Virus record (IMG/VR): IMGVR_UViG_3300009180_002437
Strand: one strand, 5' to 3'
DNA from: a virus
Taxonomy: Duplodnaviria > Heunggongvirae > Uroviricota > Caudoviricetes
Length of the DNA stretch: 64,000 bases
Part shown: positions 25,264 through 35,265 of the stretch, piece after piece
Position numbering within the stretch: the stretch's first letter is position 1
How the letters are laid out: each line of letters opens with the position of its first letter
The notes under the pieces: generated by a model
Told to the model about the DNA's origin: nothing
The model's input: the letters and a program-made list of their open reading frames with translations, nothing else
Databases searched by the model: none
Made by a program: the position numbers and the translations under genes

Positions 25264-27543
25264 ATGCAAAACAACAAAGAAATTGAAGCAATTGTAGGGC
25301 AGGCGGTTTCGATTGCTCGGATTAAACATCACGAGTATGTGCTAACCGAACATATATTATTGGCCTTAATACGCCACATTCCTTTCCGCAAAGTACTGGA
25401 AGGATTCGGTACAAGTATTGCACTCATGGACGAGGAATTAGATGTCTATTTGGACAGTTTAACCAGTATAGTTACATCTAAGTCAGAATTTCAACCACGT
25501 AAAACTAACGCCCTTGAACGTTGTTTTAATCGGGCTATGACACAGGTGTTATTTACTGGCCGCCGTTCAGTAACCACATTTGATTTGTATCTTGCTATGA
25601 TGAGTGAGACAAACAGTCACGCACATTACTTCCTGATGAAGTATGGAGTTAAGAAAGCCGAGTTTATGGAATACTGGCAGCAAAATTATAAAGCTGAAGA
25701 TGCCGAGGTTAGTGCTTCTGAAGCTGATGCCATCTTAACTGAATTTTGTACAAACCTAACCAAAATGGCTACTGAAGATAAGTTAGAGCCAATGATTGGC
25801 CGCTCAGCTGAACTAGACGAAATCATTACTGTACTGGCTCGAAAGTTTAAAGCTAACGTACTAATGGTGGGCGATCCGGGTGTAGGCAAAACTGCCATCG
25901 CAGAAGGGCTTGCCCAGGAAATTGTAAACAACCGTGTACCCGCATTCCTTAACGGACATGAAGTATGGAGTTTGGAAATCGGCTCATTGTTAGCCGGCAG
26001 TAAGTATCGTGGCGAATTTGAGGAAAAGTTTAAACAGGTCATTGGTGCATTAGAAGCCAAGAAAAATTGTATCTTATTTGTTGATGAAGCACATACAATG
26101 AAAGGCGCTGGCGCAAGTTCACAATCATCACTAGACTTTGCTAATATGCTAAAGCCAGCTATTACCAAGGGTTATCTTAAGGTAATTGCGTCAACTACCT
26201 GGGAAGAATTCTATGAGTCATTTGAAAAGGATCGTGCGCTAATGCGTCGATTCCATCGTGTGTCCATTGACGAACCCACGCCAGAAGTAACGGAGCAAAT
26301 CTTAATCGGCTTATCACCTCGCTTGGAAAAATTCCACGATGTGTTGATTGATACTGATGCTATTAAAGCAGCAGTAGACTTGTCGGGTCGTTACATACAT
26401 GATCGCAAGAATCCAGATAAGTCAATTGACTTGCTAGACGGTGCATGTGCCAAGGAACGTGTTAAAGATATAGGCACTACTACTGTGACTAAAGACATGA
26501 TCATGGCACAGTTGAGTCGTATTACTGAGGTTCCCATGGATCGTTTACAAAACGAACGTTCGGCTAATATTGTGGAACTGGAAGGTAATATTAAACAGAA
26601 GTTGTATGGCCAAGACGAAGCTGTTAATTCGGTACTTGAGCGGGTATACATTAACTTCTCGGGTATTGGTAACGAAAACAAACCAATTGCCAGCTTCTTA
26701 TTCTTGGGACCAACTGGCACAGGTAAGACAGAATTGGCCAAGTTATTGGCTGAGCATTTAGATATGCAGTTGTTGAAATATGACATGAGTGAGTTCCAGG
26801 AGAAGCATACTGTTAGCTCATTGATTGGTGCTCCCCCAGGATACGTTGGGTTTGAAGATGGTAATGTGGGTGGTGGAAAACTTATTAGTGATGTCAGTAA
26901 GAACCCTTATTCAATCTTGTTGTTTGATGAAATTGAAAAGGCACATCCGGATGTAGTTAACCTTATGTTGCAAATGTTGGATGAAGCTCGCATCACCAGT
27001 GCCAATGGTAAAACTGTTAACCTGAAGAACTGCATCATTATTATGACCAGTAACTTAGGTGCTCGCGACAATGAGAATAACAACATTGGCTTTGGGCAGA
27101 CACTGGAAAAGACAGGATCAGAACACAAGGCAATGAAGGATTTCTTTAAACCTGAATTACGTAATCGTATTGATCAAATCTGTCGCTTTAAGAAACTAGA
27201 TACACTGGCTGTTAAGAAAATTGTTGTTAAATTTGTTGATCAACTACAAACCAGTTTAAGCACAAAGAATATTCGTCTTAACTTATCCGAGCCAGTAATC
27301 GACATGCTGGTTGAAAAAGGCTATGATAACAAGATGGGTGCTCGACCATTAAATCGTAAGATTGATGAACTTATTCGCGTACCATTGAGTAAGAAAATTC
27401 TCTTTGAACGATTAAGTGACTGTGTAATTACAGCGGACATGGTTAATGATCAAATTGACTTTATCATCATACCTAATCCCGCATTAGCTATTGTCGACAA
27501 CTCAGGAATTATTTTACTTGATGGCGAATCTTCCACCGTTTAA
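25264..27543 (+). CDS. clpA: ClpA-like AAA+ unfoldase (two AAA modules, N-domain, IGF ClpP-docking loop)
   Basis: Walker A GDPGVGKTAIAEGLAQ and FLGPTGTGKTELAKLLA. The N-domain is ClpA-like. NIGFGQ sits at the position of the ClpA IGL loop. Confidence 0.8.
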   Translation: MQNNKEIEAIVGQAVSIARIKHHEYVLTEHILLALIRHIPFRKVLEGFGTSIALMDEELDVYLDSLTSIVTSKSEFQPRKTNALERCFNRAMTQVLFTGRRSVTTFDLYLAMMSETNSHAHYFLMKYGVKKAEFMEYWQQNYKAEDAEVSASEADAILTEFCTNLTKMATEDKLEPMIGRSAELDEIITVLARKFKANVLMVGDPGVGKTAIAEGLAQEIVNNRVPAFLNGHEVWSLEIGSLLAGSKYRGEFEEKFKQVIGALEAKKNCILFVDEAHTMKGAGASSQSSLDFANMLKPAITKGYLKVIASTTWEEFYESFEKDRALMRRFHRVSIDEPTPEVTEQILIGLSPRLEKFHDVLIDTDAIKAAVDLSGRYIHDRKNPDKSIDLLDGACAKERVKDIGTTTVTKDMIMAQLSRITEVPMDRLQNERSANIVELEGNIKQKLYGQDEAVNSVLERVYINFSGIGNENKPIASFLFLGPTGTGKTELAKLLAEHLDMQLLKYDMSEFQEKHTVSSLIGAPPGYVGFEDGNVGGGKLISDVSKNPYSILLFDEIEKAHPDVVNLMLQMLDEARITSANGKTVNLKNCIIIMTSNLGARDNENNNIGFGQTLEKTGSEHKAMKDFFKPELRNRIDQICRFKKLDTLAVKKIVVKFVDQLQTSLSTKNIRLNLSEPVIDMLVEKGYDNKMGARPLNRKIDELIRVPLSKKILFERLSDCVITADMVNDQIDFIIIPNPALAIVDNSGIILLDGESSTV

Positions 27544-28216
27544 TCACTTTGAACACAGGAGTACTGTGCTCAAAGATCGATTATTTTATGATAAATTCAA
27601 ATACTGTATCTCCTTCGTAATGGATGAGATTACAATATTAATTAAACCCGTTACTCATTATGATATTGATCGCTTGATTGATATTCGTAATGAGTATCGA
27701 AGACAGTATTCAAGGAATAGCCGACCATACAAAGTTCCGGATATTGCCTTGGATATACGACAACAGATTCACGAAATAGCCGATATATTGATCAAGACAA
27801 CGGAAGATTACAAATTCAATACATCATATAGAACAATGTGGTTGTATACCAACAGCGAAGATCTTATTAACAAGTTGGATAAATTAGAATTTATTAGTAA
27901 CATAAAAGTAAGCGAAGCTATTGTAAACCGACCCAGAGGTACTGTTAAACTAAAGAATCCCGAACACACGCATCGCAGCTATTTTCGTTTTCTTAGGCCC
28001 ACTGTTGATGATCGCAGGAGAATTGTTAATTTCCTAGACACTCACTCCTCCCATATTAAGCCCAGTCCGGCATTGTCACGATATCTGCTCAACGACGGCT
28101 TTCCTTTTATTCTGGAATATTTTTTTATAGATTATACAGGTGAGAGTTGGGTAACTGTTTTGACCTTGTTGTATCCGGGATTAATTAGGAAGACCCTACC
28201 AATTATCCCAGCATAA
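27521..28216 (+). CDS. hypothetical protein
   Basis: The frame opens at 27491 (TTG); the ATG at 27521 is preceded by AGGA. It overlaps the clpA 3' end. Confidence 0.35.
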   Translation: MANLPPFNHFEHRSTVLKDRLFYDKFKYCISFVMDEITILIKPVTHYDIDRLIDIRNEYRRQYSRNSRPYKVPDIALDIRQQIHEIADILIKTTEDYKFNTSYRTMWLYTNSEDLINKLDKLEFISNIKVSEAIVNRPRGTVKLKNPEHTHRSYFRFLRPTVDDRRRIVNFLDTHSSHIKPSPALSRYLLNDGFPFILEYFFIDYTGESWVTVLTLLYPGLIRKTLPIIPA

Positions 28217-28226
28217 ATAATAGACT

Positions 28227-28595
28227 ATGACAACCTTCACAAATCAACAATTACTGCCGCCCACTACATTTGGTACACCATCGGGAAATTACGATGGTTC
28301 AAGTTCCAGTTTCACGGGTAACGCTATTCCGGCAGCAAACTATTACGGTGGGCAAGGGTCTGCGCAAACAAACATTATACAAACAACCGGATTTCAGGGT
28401 GTCATTACTATTGAAGCATCACTAAATGACCTAACTCAACAGGCACTTTGGTTTGAAGTTGCCGCTTATGGCAATGCCAGCACACCCACTACCGACACGC
28501 AGGCACTCAATGTCATCGGTAACTTTGTTTGGATACGAGCCCATGTTACAGATTTTACTGCTGGCACGGTAAATTCAGCTAACGTGGTTTATTAA
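28227..28595 (+). CDS. hypothetical protein
   Basis: A 122-aa ORF. Confidence 0.35.
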   Translation: MTTFTNQQLLPPTTFGTPSGNYDGSSSSFTGNAIPAANYYGGQGSAQTNIIQTTGFQGVITIEASLNDLTQQALWFEVAAYGNASTPTTDTQALNVIGNFVWIRAHVTDFTAGTVNSANVVY

Positions 28596-28596
28596 T

Positions 28597-29433
28597 ATGA
28601 ACGTCATCGTAGTATATCCAGGGCGTTTTGAACCACCACATCGTGGACATAAATCCAGCTATAATGAGCTGCAAAAAGCATTTCCCGGGGCTAAGATACT
28701 AATTGCATCCAGTGGCATCACTGCGCCTATAACTCATCCTTTTAAGTTTGAAGACAAGGTAGCACTATTTACCAAACTGGGTGTTCCTGCTACCAACATA
28801 ATTTTGTCCAAGAGCCCGTACCAAATGCCTGAATTACGTGCAGATGTAAGTGAAGAAGAACAGGCTAATATTGTATTGATATTTGCTGTTAGCAAGAAAG
28901 ACCAACAAAACAATCCCGAAGCAGGCAAGAAGCCGCGTTTTGCATACGGTCTTAAAAAGAATGGGGAAAAGAGTTATATGCAACCCTACCCAGGCAGTAT
29001 CAAACAATGTCTGCCTATGACAAAACATGCGTATGTTTACGAAACAGAAACCAAGACATTTAAAGTACTGGGCAAAGACGCTGAAGGCGCTACCGCTATA
29101 CGCGATGCATATACCAACGGCAATGAAAATGAACGCGAGCATATCATACATGATTTGTATGGTAAAGACGACCACGCAATTAAAGACCTATTCGATCAGA
29201 GATTGGGCGTTGCCAAAAAGCTCAAGGATATCGTAATACAAGAACCTAACATAGACGGAGATGTTATTGAACAACCCATGCCCGTAGTACGCACAGAAAG
29301 CAAAGCTAAACTGGCTAAACTATTGGAATCAGCATTATCAGCCGAACGTGCAGCAAACCGCAGTTATACCACCATCAAAGAAGACTTAGCCCCCAACTAT
29401 GTAGACGAAAAAACAGGCAGAAAATTTTACTAG
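28597..29433 (+). CDS. NMN adenylyltransferase-like nucleotidyltransferase (archaeal NadM type)
   Basis: VVYPGRFEPPHRGH matches the NMNAT G-R-F-Q-P-x-H-x-G-H motif, and the downstream IASSGITAPITHPFKF block also aligns. Confidence 0.6.
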   Translation: MNVIVVYPGRFEPPHRGHKSSYNELQKAFPGAKILIASSGITAPITHPFKFEDKVALFTKLGVPATNIILSKSPYQMPELRADVSEEEQANIVLIFAVSKKDQQNNPEAGKKPRFAYGLKKNGEKSYMQPYPGSIKQCLPMTKHAYVYETETKTFKVLGKDAEGATAIRDAYTNGNENEREHIIHDLYGKDDHAIKDLFDQRLGVAKKLKDIVIQEPNIDGDVIEQPMPVVRTESKAKLAKLLESALSAERAANRSYTTIKEDLAPNYVDEKTGRKFY

Positions 29434-29478
29434 CCCTGACAAGTAGTGTAAATAGTTTACACTTTATAAGAGGAAACC

Positions 29479-30405
29479 ATGGCATCAACCCAAGCAGCAT
29501 CACCCGAAGTTCAAGCTACACCAACCGCACCAGCAGCACCCGTAGACCAAGCACCACAACAAGGACAAGTACAGGTCAACGTTGATTTTCTTAAGACCAC
29601 CCGTGTTCACATCTGCATGCCCTGCTACGGTGGTATGCTTACTGAATCTACTTTCATGAGTTATATTAAATGGGCCAATACAGCTCGTCAATTAGGCATT
29701 GACTGGACTATGGAAACAATGACAAACGAATCATTGATTTCTCGTGCTCGTAACACACTTACAGCTAAGTTCCTTTCAAATCCAGACTCAACGCACTTAA
29801 TGTTTATCGATGCTGATATTGGCTGGGAGCCATGGCATTTGTTAGTCCTGTTGAATCGTGACGTGGACGTTATCGGAGGATTATATCCTATGAAATCACT
29901 GCCGGTCAAATGGTGTGTCAACGGATTTGACGGTGCAGAAGAAGGCCCAGATGGCTTACAAGAAGTTACCAAAACTGGCACTGGCTTCTTGCTAATGAAG
30001 CGTGGTGTATTTGAGAAATTAAATGCTCACCCTGCGGTTAAGCCATTCAATAGTGATATCGGCCTTCCCCCAGAGTTAAACGTTTACATGAAAACCTACT
30101 TTGATACAGCAGTTCGTGAGAACCGTTACTACTCAGAAGATTGGACATTCTGCGAAAATTGGCGTGATTTAGGTGGTAAAGTATGGGTTGACAAACGTAT
30201 ATTATTACGTCACACTGGTACATACGTGTTTGACTTTGCTACACAAGATCAGTTATACAAAGATCTACATGCGTTAGCCATGCAGAATCAATCTCAATCG
30301 GTGGTACAAGCCGCTCCTGTTGTAGCAGATACATCAGCCCCCCAGGCTCCTGTTGACCCAATAGCAAAAGTAGTGGCAACCAGTAAAGGTAAAAAGAAAA
30401 AGTAA
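29479..30405 (+). CDS. putative GT-A-fold glycosyltransferase with an N-terminal Pro/Ala/Gln-rich region
   Basis: FIDADIG (DxD) and TGTGFLLMKRGVFEKL resemble GT2-like blocks. The call is weak. Confidence 0.35.
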   Translation: MASTQAASPEVQATPTAPAAPVDQAPQQGQVQVNVDFLKTTRVHICMPCYGGMLTESTFMSYIKWANTARQLGIDWTMETMTNESLISRARNTLTAKFLSNPDSTHLMFIDADIGWEPWHLLVLLNRDVDVIGGLYPMKSLPVKWCVNGFDGAEEGPDGLQEVTKTGTGFLLMKRGVFEKLNAHPAVKPFNSDIGLPPELNVYMKTYFDTAVRENRYYSEDWTFCENWRDLGGKVWVDKRILLRHTGTYVFDFATQDQLYKDLHALAMQNQSQSVVQAAPVVADTSAPQAPVDPIAKVVATSKGKKKK

Positions 30406-30481
30406 AACTACTCGCATAGTTTTATAAAGAAACCGCTATAGTTGATTCTGTAGCGGTTTCTGCTTTTTGGTAAATATTACT

Positions 30482-32941
30482 ATGAATATTGAACAACTTG
30501 AATCTTATAACTTAGCAGATGCTGTTAAGTTTCATGACCGTCTGAACCCATTACTATGGGATAGTCGTGAGAATCTGCACCCTGAAATACACAGTAAGTT
30601 GTTGAAAATTGCTGATGATTTTCGTGATTCGCTGGGCGTAAATGATTTAGAGCTTAAAGATATCACTATATCAGGTAGTAATGCTGCTTATTCCTATACT
30701 CCACATTCAGACATAGATTTACATTTAATTGTTGATTTATCCGGGGTAGATCACCCAGAAATCTACAGAGAATTATTTGATGCTAAAAAAGCCATTTACA
30801 ACAATGAGCATACAATTACAATCAAGGGAATTCCAGTGGAATTGTATGTGCAGGATGCTGCTCAAGATCATCATAGTCAGGGCATTTATAGTATAATAAA
30901 CAATGACTGGATACAGATCCCACGTAGAGTACAAGCTGATATCGACGATATGAGTGTGCGTAGCAAATACGAAGATTTAAGTAACCGTATTGACAAAGTT
31001 GTCAAAACTGAAAATCTTACTAAGATGGATGAACTTGCAGCAAAAATTAAAAAAATGCGACAAGAGGGATTAGCGGAACACGGTGAGTTTGGTCCCGAGA
31101 ATTTAGTATTTAAAATGTTACGCAATCAGGGTCACATTGAAGAATTACGAACAGCACGCCATGAAGCAAAAAGTAAAGAACTAAGTCTAAAAGAACGTGT
31201 CGGCAAACCTAAAACAATATATGGATACGGTCGAGACTTTGTGGATGAGGTTGCACTAACACCCGGTGGTGTGTCAGATCATACTAAAATGTTTGTGGAA
31301 AAAGAAGAAGCTCCGGTTAACTCACAACAGGAAATTATTGAAGATTTCATTGATTTTTGTTCGGCACAGTTATCATTAGCAAAAGAAATCAACTTACGAA
31401 TTCGACGTGACCCCGAGTGGTCTGTACGCAACAAGACATTTGGTAGATATGACCAACAGACCAATGAGTTAAATGTTGGGGTCAGTGGTCGTCATACCAT
31501 GGACATACTGCGTACCGTAGCACATGAGCTGGTGCATCAACGACAAAATGAAACTCAGGAAATGCCGCCGGATGCTGGAGCGGATGGTAGCGAATATGAA
31601 AATGAAGCCAATGCGCGGGCCGCTGTATTGATGCGTAAGTATGGTAAGCTACATCCTGAATTATTCGTACCATCTGAATTGAATGAAGAATTAGAAAAGC
31701 CAGTTACTGCTCATGGTTATATGTACAATCGACAAGATCAGCGTATAGCATGGACCAAAGAATTTGCTAGTGAGGCGGCGGCCAAGGAATGGGCACGCCG
31801 TCGTAATGCTACTTTATTAAGTATTGTTTCCAAACAATTGGAAGCAGTGGGTAATTTCACTGCCGACCCCCAACAGCAGGCTAGGATGTATCTGCAATAC
31901 CATACTGGTACGTTTGATCCAGCAACAATGCCCAAATTTTTGGCAATTAAACCTGGCGTTTCTTTATCCGTACAGCCTCCACCTCCTGGATCTTCTGGCT
32001 CGCATGAAGAAACATTGGCATATTTGTCAGCAGCTAATAAAAAGTTGCCCAAAGAGCTACAAGTTGGGTGGGATGAATTAAAGAATATCGGCGGCGTTAG
32101 TAACACAATTAAATTGACCGGTGAACCACATCCTGACAAATACAATCCAGCCACTGATCCTACCGTTGCCAATCCAGTTGCTACACCGTTCAAGGTACAG
32201 GAAAATGGGTTAGGTGGCTTGGCGGAAGGCTTAAATGAAGCATCCGGCTACATTCCAACCGAAGCAGAAAGCGCAAAACAAATAAACTGGATTAAGCCCA
32301 ACTTTGATTTTGAATGGCACGAAGTTGAAGAACAATCTAAGATGAAGCAAGTACCGCCCGAAGTAAGAAAATATTATCAAAAACATTTTCCCAACAAAGC
32401 CGCATGGCTTGCCGCAGTTCAAAATGGTAGAGCAGTTGTTGTGCCGCCTGATCATTCGTATGAGATTAGAAATGCCCCCCATGATAAGAAATCACTACTG
32501 CAAGTCTTGGCTCCTACTTCTCATGAAGGCGCTATTGGACCTGCCAAACAGAAAAGGGTCAACGCACTATTTTCTAAAGGTGGTCCGATAGAAATGCCTA
32601 TCATACTAAAAACAAGTAAAGGTTTGTGGTTAATTGGCGGTAAGACCAGACTAGGAACCGCAAATTACATCAAAGGAATTCCTGCTAAAGTATGGATGAT
32701 TGACGGTGACCAAGATGTGACGAAAGGTTTAAAAGAATCATCCGGTTATATTCCAACCGCAGCAGAAGCCAATGATCCACGTTTTGAGATGGCATTGACA
32801 GTTGATGTCAGACCAGGCGCATTAGGCAAGGCTGCTAACAGTTTCCTATTGAATACAGATAGGCAGGGTCATCCTCAAGAACTACGTCCTGATGGATTGG
32901 TCAATCGTATGATGGTGGAATATTTAGAGTTTAAACAATGA
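30482..32941 (+). CDS. large multidomain protein: Pol-beta-type nucleotidyltransferase motif plus HExxH metallopeptidase motif plus duplicated SSGYIPT module
   Basis: ISGSNAAYSYTPHSDIDLHLIV (GS...SDIDL). VAHELVHQRQ (HExxH). GLNEASGYIPTEAESA and LKESSGYIPTAAEAND are repeated. Confidence 0.45.
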   Translation: MNIEQLESYNLADAVKFHDRLNPLLWDSRENLHPEIHSKLLKIADDFRDSLGVNDLELKDITISGSNAAYSYTPHSDIDLHLIVDLSGVDHPEIYRELFDAKKAIYNNEHTITIKGIPVELYVQDAAQDHHSQGIYSIINNDWIQIPRRVQADIDDMSVRSKYEDLSNRIDKVVKTENLTKMDELAAKIKKMRQEGLAEHGEFGPENLVFKMLRNQGHIEELRTARHEAKSKELSLKERVGKPKTIYGYGRDFVDEVALTPGGVSDHTKMFVEKEEAPVNSQQEIIEDFIDFCSAQLSLAKEINLRIRRDPEWSVRNKTFGRYDQQTNELNVGVSGRHTMDILRTVAHELVHQRQNETQEMPPDAGADGSEYENEANARAAVLMRKYGKLHPELFVPSELNEELEKPVTAHGYMYNRQDQRIAWTKEFASEAAAKEWARRRNATLLSIVSKQLEAVGNFTADPQQQARMYLQYHTGTFDPATMPKFLAIKPGVSLSVQPPPPGSSGSHEETLAYLSAANKKLPKELQVGWDELKNIGGVSNTIKLTGEPHPDKYNPATDPTVANPVATPFKVQENGLGGLAEGLNEASGYIPTEAESAKQINWIKPNFDFEWHEVEEQSKMKQVPPEVRKYYQKHFPNKAAWLAAVQNGRAVVVPPDHSYEIRNAPHDKKSLLQVLAPTSHEGAIGPAKQKRVNALFSKGGPIEMPIILKTSKGLWLIGGKTRLGTANYIKGIPAKVWMIDGDQDVTKGLKESSGYIPTAAEANDPRFEMALTVDVRPGALGKAANSFLLNTDRQGHPQELRPDGLVNRMMVEYLEFKQ

Positions 32942-33627
32942 TACTCAGTGACTTTACCCCCGCCCGAAGAGCACGATTTAGCCGTGAACAACTAGACGGA
33001 TTACTAGCCGACCTTTGCGGAATGATTATTGATGGTCAAAAAGATAATTCGGATTTCTATGGCATGGTAGCAGCAGCAGTAATAGATCCCATGGGTCGAG
33101 TAGCAACAGGCGTAAACTATCTATATGGCAATGAACGCATACATGCCGAACGAGCTGCCGTAGACAACTATGAAAGAGAATACGGTGAGCTACCAGCGGG
33201 GTCTGTAGTGGTCACTACACTAAGCCCCTGTAATCAAGATACAGGTGACGTTAAAGAAACAACCTGTACCAGCGAATTAAATGAAAAACATGTTAAGATG
33301 GCCTATTGCGGATATCGTGATCCCACGCAGCATGATGAACACAACGACTTCGCTATTGTCATCACAGAAAATAACAAGCTACGGCATTTATGCAAAAAGT
33401 TTGCTGATACATTTTTGAAAAAAGATGTAGATGAAGCAGGTATCGGTATCAACGTATACGAAAACTTTGCTGATGGTAAAGGTCCAGGCCGCCCCGGTGA
33501 CAGCGTTAGACACGGTATACCCAAACATGCTACAAAAGCAGAATTAACTAAAGCAAGCCACGCAAAAGGTCGTAAAGGGCAGTTAGCTCGTTGGCAGCTG
33601 AATATGCGAAATGGACATAAGAAATAA
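32938..33627 (+). CDS. deaminase-like protein (HAE ... SPC motifs)
   Basis: RIHAERAAV and LSPCNQ resemble a CDA-fold zinc site, but the second Cys spacing is atypical. Confidence 0.35.
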   Translation: MILSDFTPARRARFSREQLDGLLADLCGMIIDGQKDNSDFYGMVAAAVIDPMGRVATGVNYLYGNERIHAERAAVDNYEREYGELPAGSVVVTTLSPCNQDTGDVKETTCTSELNEKHVKMAYCGYRDPTQHDEHNDFAIVITENNKLRHLCKKFADTFLKKDVDEAGIGINVYENFADGKGPGRPGDSVRHGIPKHATKAELTKASHAKGRKGQLARWQLNMRNGHKK

Positions 33628-33642
33628 TCCGCTAAATACAGT

Positions 33643-33930
33643 ATGGCCAAACAATTTGTACGCATACTGAGTAATATTGATTGCGAATGGGAGGGAATAA
33701 GCCCCATTTACCGTTTGTACATTAATAACGAGTTGTTTACCGAACGTACTTGGGTCTGGACTGATAGTGCCCTGGAAGAAAACCTACAGGTTGAAGCTGA
33801 ACCAGGTGTATATGAGGTAAGATATGAGTTGCTATCACCTAATTTAGCCCAGCTAAAGATAGGCAGTTTATCAGTAGATTTTGGACCAGCAGAAATACTG
33901 GACGATGCGCATTTTAGGATATTAGAATGA
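33643..33930 (+). CDS. hypothetical protein
   Basis: A 95-aa ORF. Confidence 0.3.
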   Translation: MAKQFVRILSNIDCEWEGISPIYRLYINNELFTERTWVWTDSALEENLQVEAEPGVYEVRYELLSPNLAQLKIGSLSVDFGPAEILDDAHFRILE

Positions 33931-34133
33931 GATTGTATGAATTTGTGGGACTCAAGGAAGATGCATCGGCAGGCGCCACTAGCTCAGGTAGCATTGCCAC
34001 TGTGTCTATGCCCATGGGTACAGTTCAGCGTAGAATTAGTCCAGATAATTTATTTTTAGGTAAATATACTACTGAGTTGAATTCAACGCCTAATACGCCG
34101 GATTCATATAAACAATACAAACGGAAAAAGTAA
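33927..34133 (+). CDS. hypothetical protein
   Basis: A 68-aa ORF with an ATGA overlap. Confidence 0.3.
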   Translation: MRLYEFVGLKEDASAGATSSGSIATVSMPMGTVQRRISPDNLFLGKYTTELNSTPNTPDSYKQYKRKK

Positions 34134-34573
34134 TGCTAACAGACTTGATGAAAATATTATTGGCTAGTGACTTCAGTTACTACTTGAAGGCGCACTTTTT
34201 TCACTGGAACGTGGAAGGTAAGGACTTTTACCAATATCACCAATTCCTACAGGCAGTATACGAAGACGCTTATGAAGCTGTGGATACTATCGCAGAATTT
34301 ATTCGTACGCTGGATGAATACGCCCCGGGTAGCTTATCACGCTACCAAGAATTAACACATATTCAAGATCAAACTAAAGTGCCACGTGCCCAATTGATGT
34401 TGGAAGAATTACTTCATGATTCACACATTATGGTTGAACTTCTTAATGAATGTTTTGCTGCTGCTACTCAAGAAAACAAGCAAGACATAGCAAATTTTAT
34501 CGCTGAAAGATTAACTGCTACCAACAAGTTTATCTGGATGCTGTCAAGTTTTTTGAGAGAAGCTAGAGCATAA
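34133..34573 (+). CDS. hypothetical protein
   Basis: A 146-aa ORF. Confidence 0.35.
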   Translation: MLTDLMKILLASDFSYYLKAHFFHWNVEGKDFYQYHQFLQAVYEDAYEAVDTIAEFIRTLDEYAPGSLSRYQELTHIQDQTKVPRAQLMLEELLHDSHIMVELLNECFAAATQENKQDIANFIAERLTATNKFIWMLSSFLREARA

Positions 34574-35265
34574 TGAGAGACGAAATTTACAGTATTGTTG
34601 AAAGATTAGCTGCCCTGGAAGGACGTATCGATACCCAGGCAAGCGGGACTATTACAGAATCTCGACAGAAAAAACCAGCCCTTTTCAACTACCTGAAAAG
34701 AACTGACGAAATGTTTAGTCCCGGCGTGTCGGGTGTAGAGTTTGCTGAAGATACTGTTGAAGAAGATGTACTGGCCCGAGTTAAACAAGGACTAGCCGAC
34801 TATCTCAAATCCGCGGAAGATGGTAAACAGGACAAAACTTTAATTAAAAAACAAAAACAAGATTTAGATTTAAAGAAAAAAGAATTACGTGATCGAACAC
34901 TACAAACTAAAGACCCGACCCATGTAAGTGATATGGAAGAAGATCCAACACAAGGTCCACATTCATCAGCATCGGGCGGCGGATCAAACCCCACATATGC
35001 ACGTGAAAGCCGTGAAACTGCACCTGTTAAGACTATACATATTCCGGTAGGTGAAGAAGTTGGACTGAGTGGCGGTGGTGGTAGTACGCTAGTGGAAATA
35101 CATGGCGATGAGCGCGATGGGTTCTGTATTAAATGTGCTGGTAAAGAAATGCGGTCTCGATTTAAGACCCTGGATGAATGCCAAATAGCATTGGAAATGT
35201 ATATGGCACACCGTAGAGCCAAACACGAAAGCGGTGGCACTGATGATTATATTGAGGAAGCATAA
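34573..35265 (+). CDS. hypothetical protein
   Basis: A 230-aa ORF, with ATGA overlaps at both ends. Confidence 0.35.
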   Translation: MRDEIYSIVERLAALEGRIDTQASGTITESRQKKPALFNYLKRTDEMFSPGVSGVEFAEDTVEEDVLARVKQGLADYLKSAEDGKQDKTLIKKQKQDLDLKKKELRDRTLQTKDPTHVSDMEEDPTQGPHSSASGGGSNPTYARESRETAPVKTIHIPVGEEVGLSGGGGSTLVEIHGDERDGFCIKCAGKEMRSRFKTLDECQIALEMYMAHRRAKHESGGTDDYIEEA

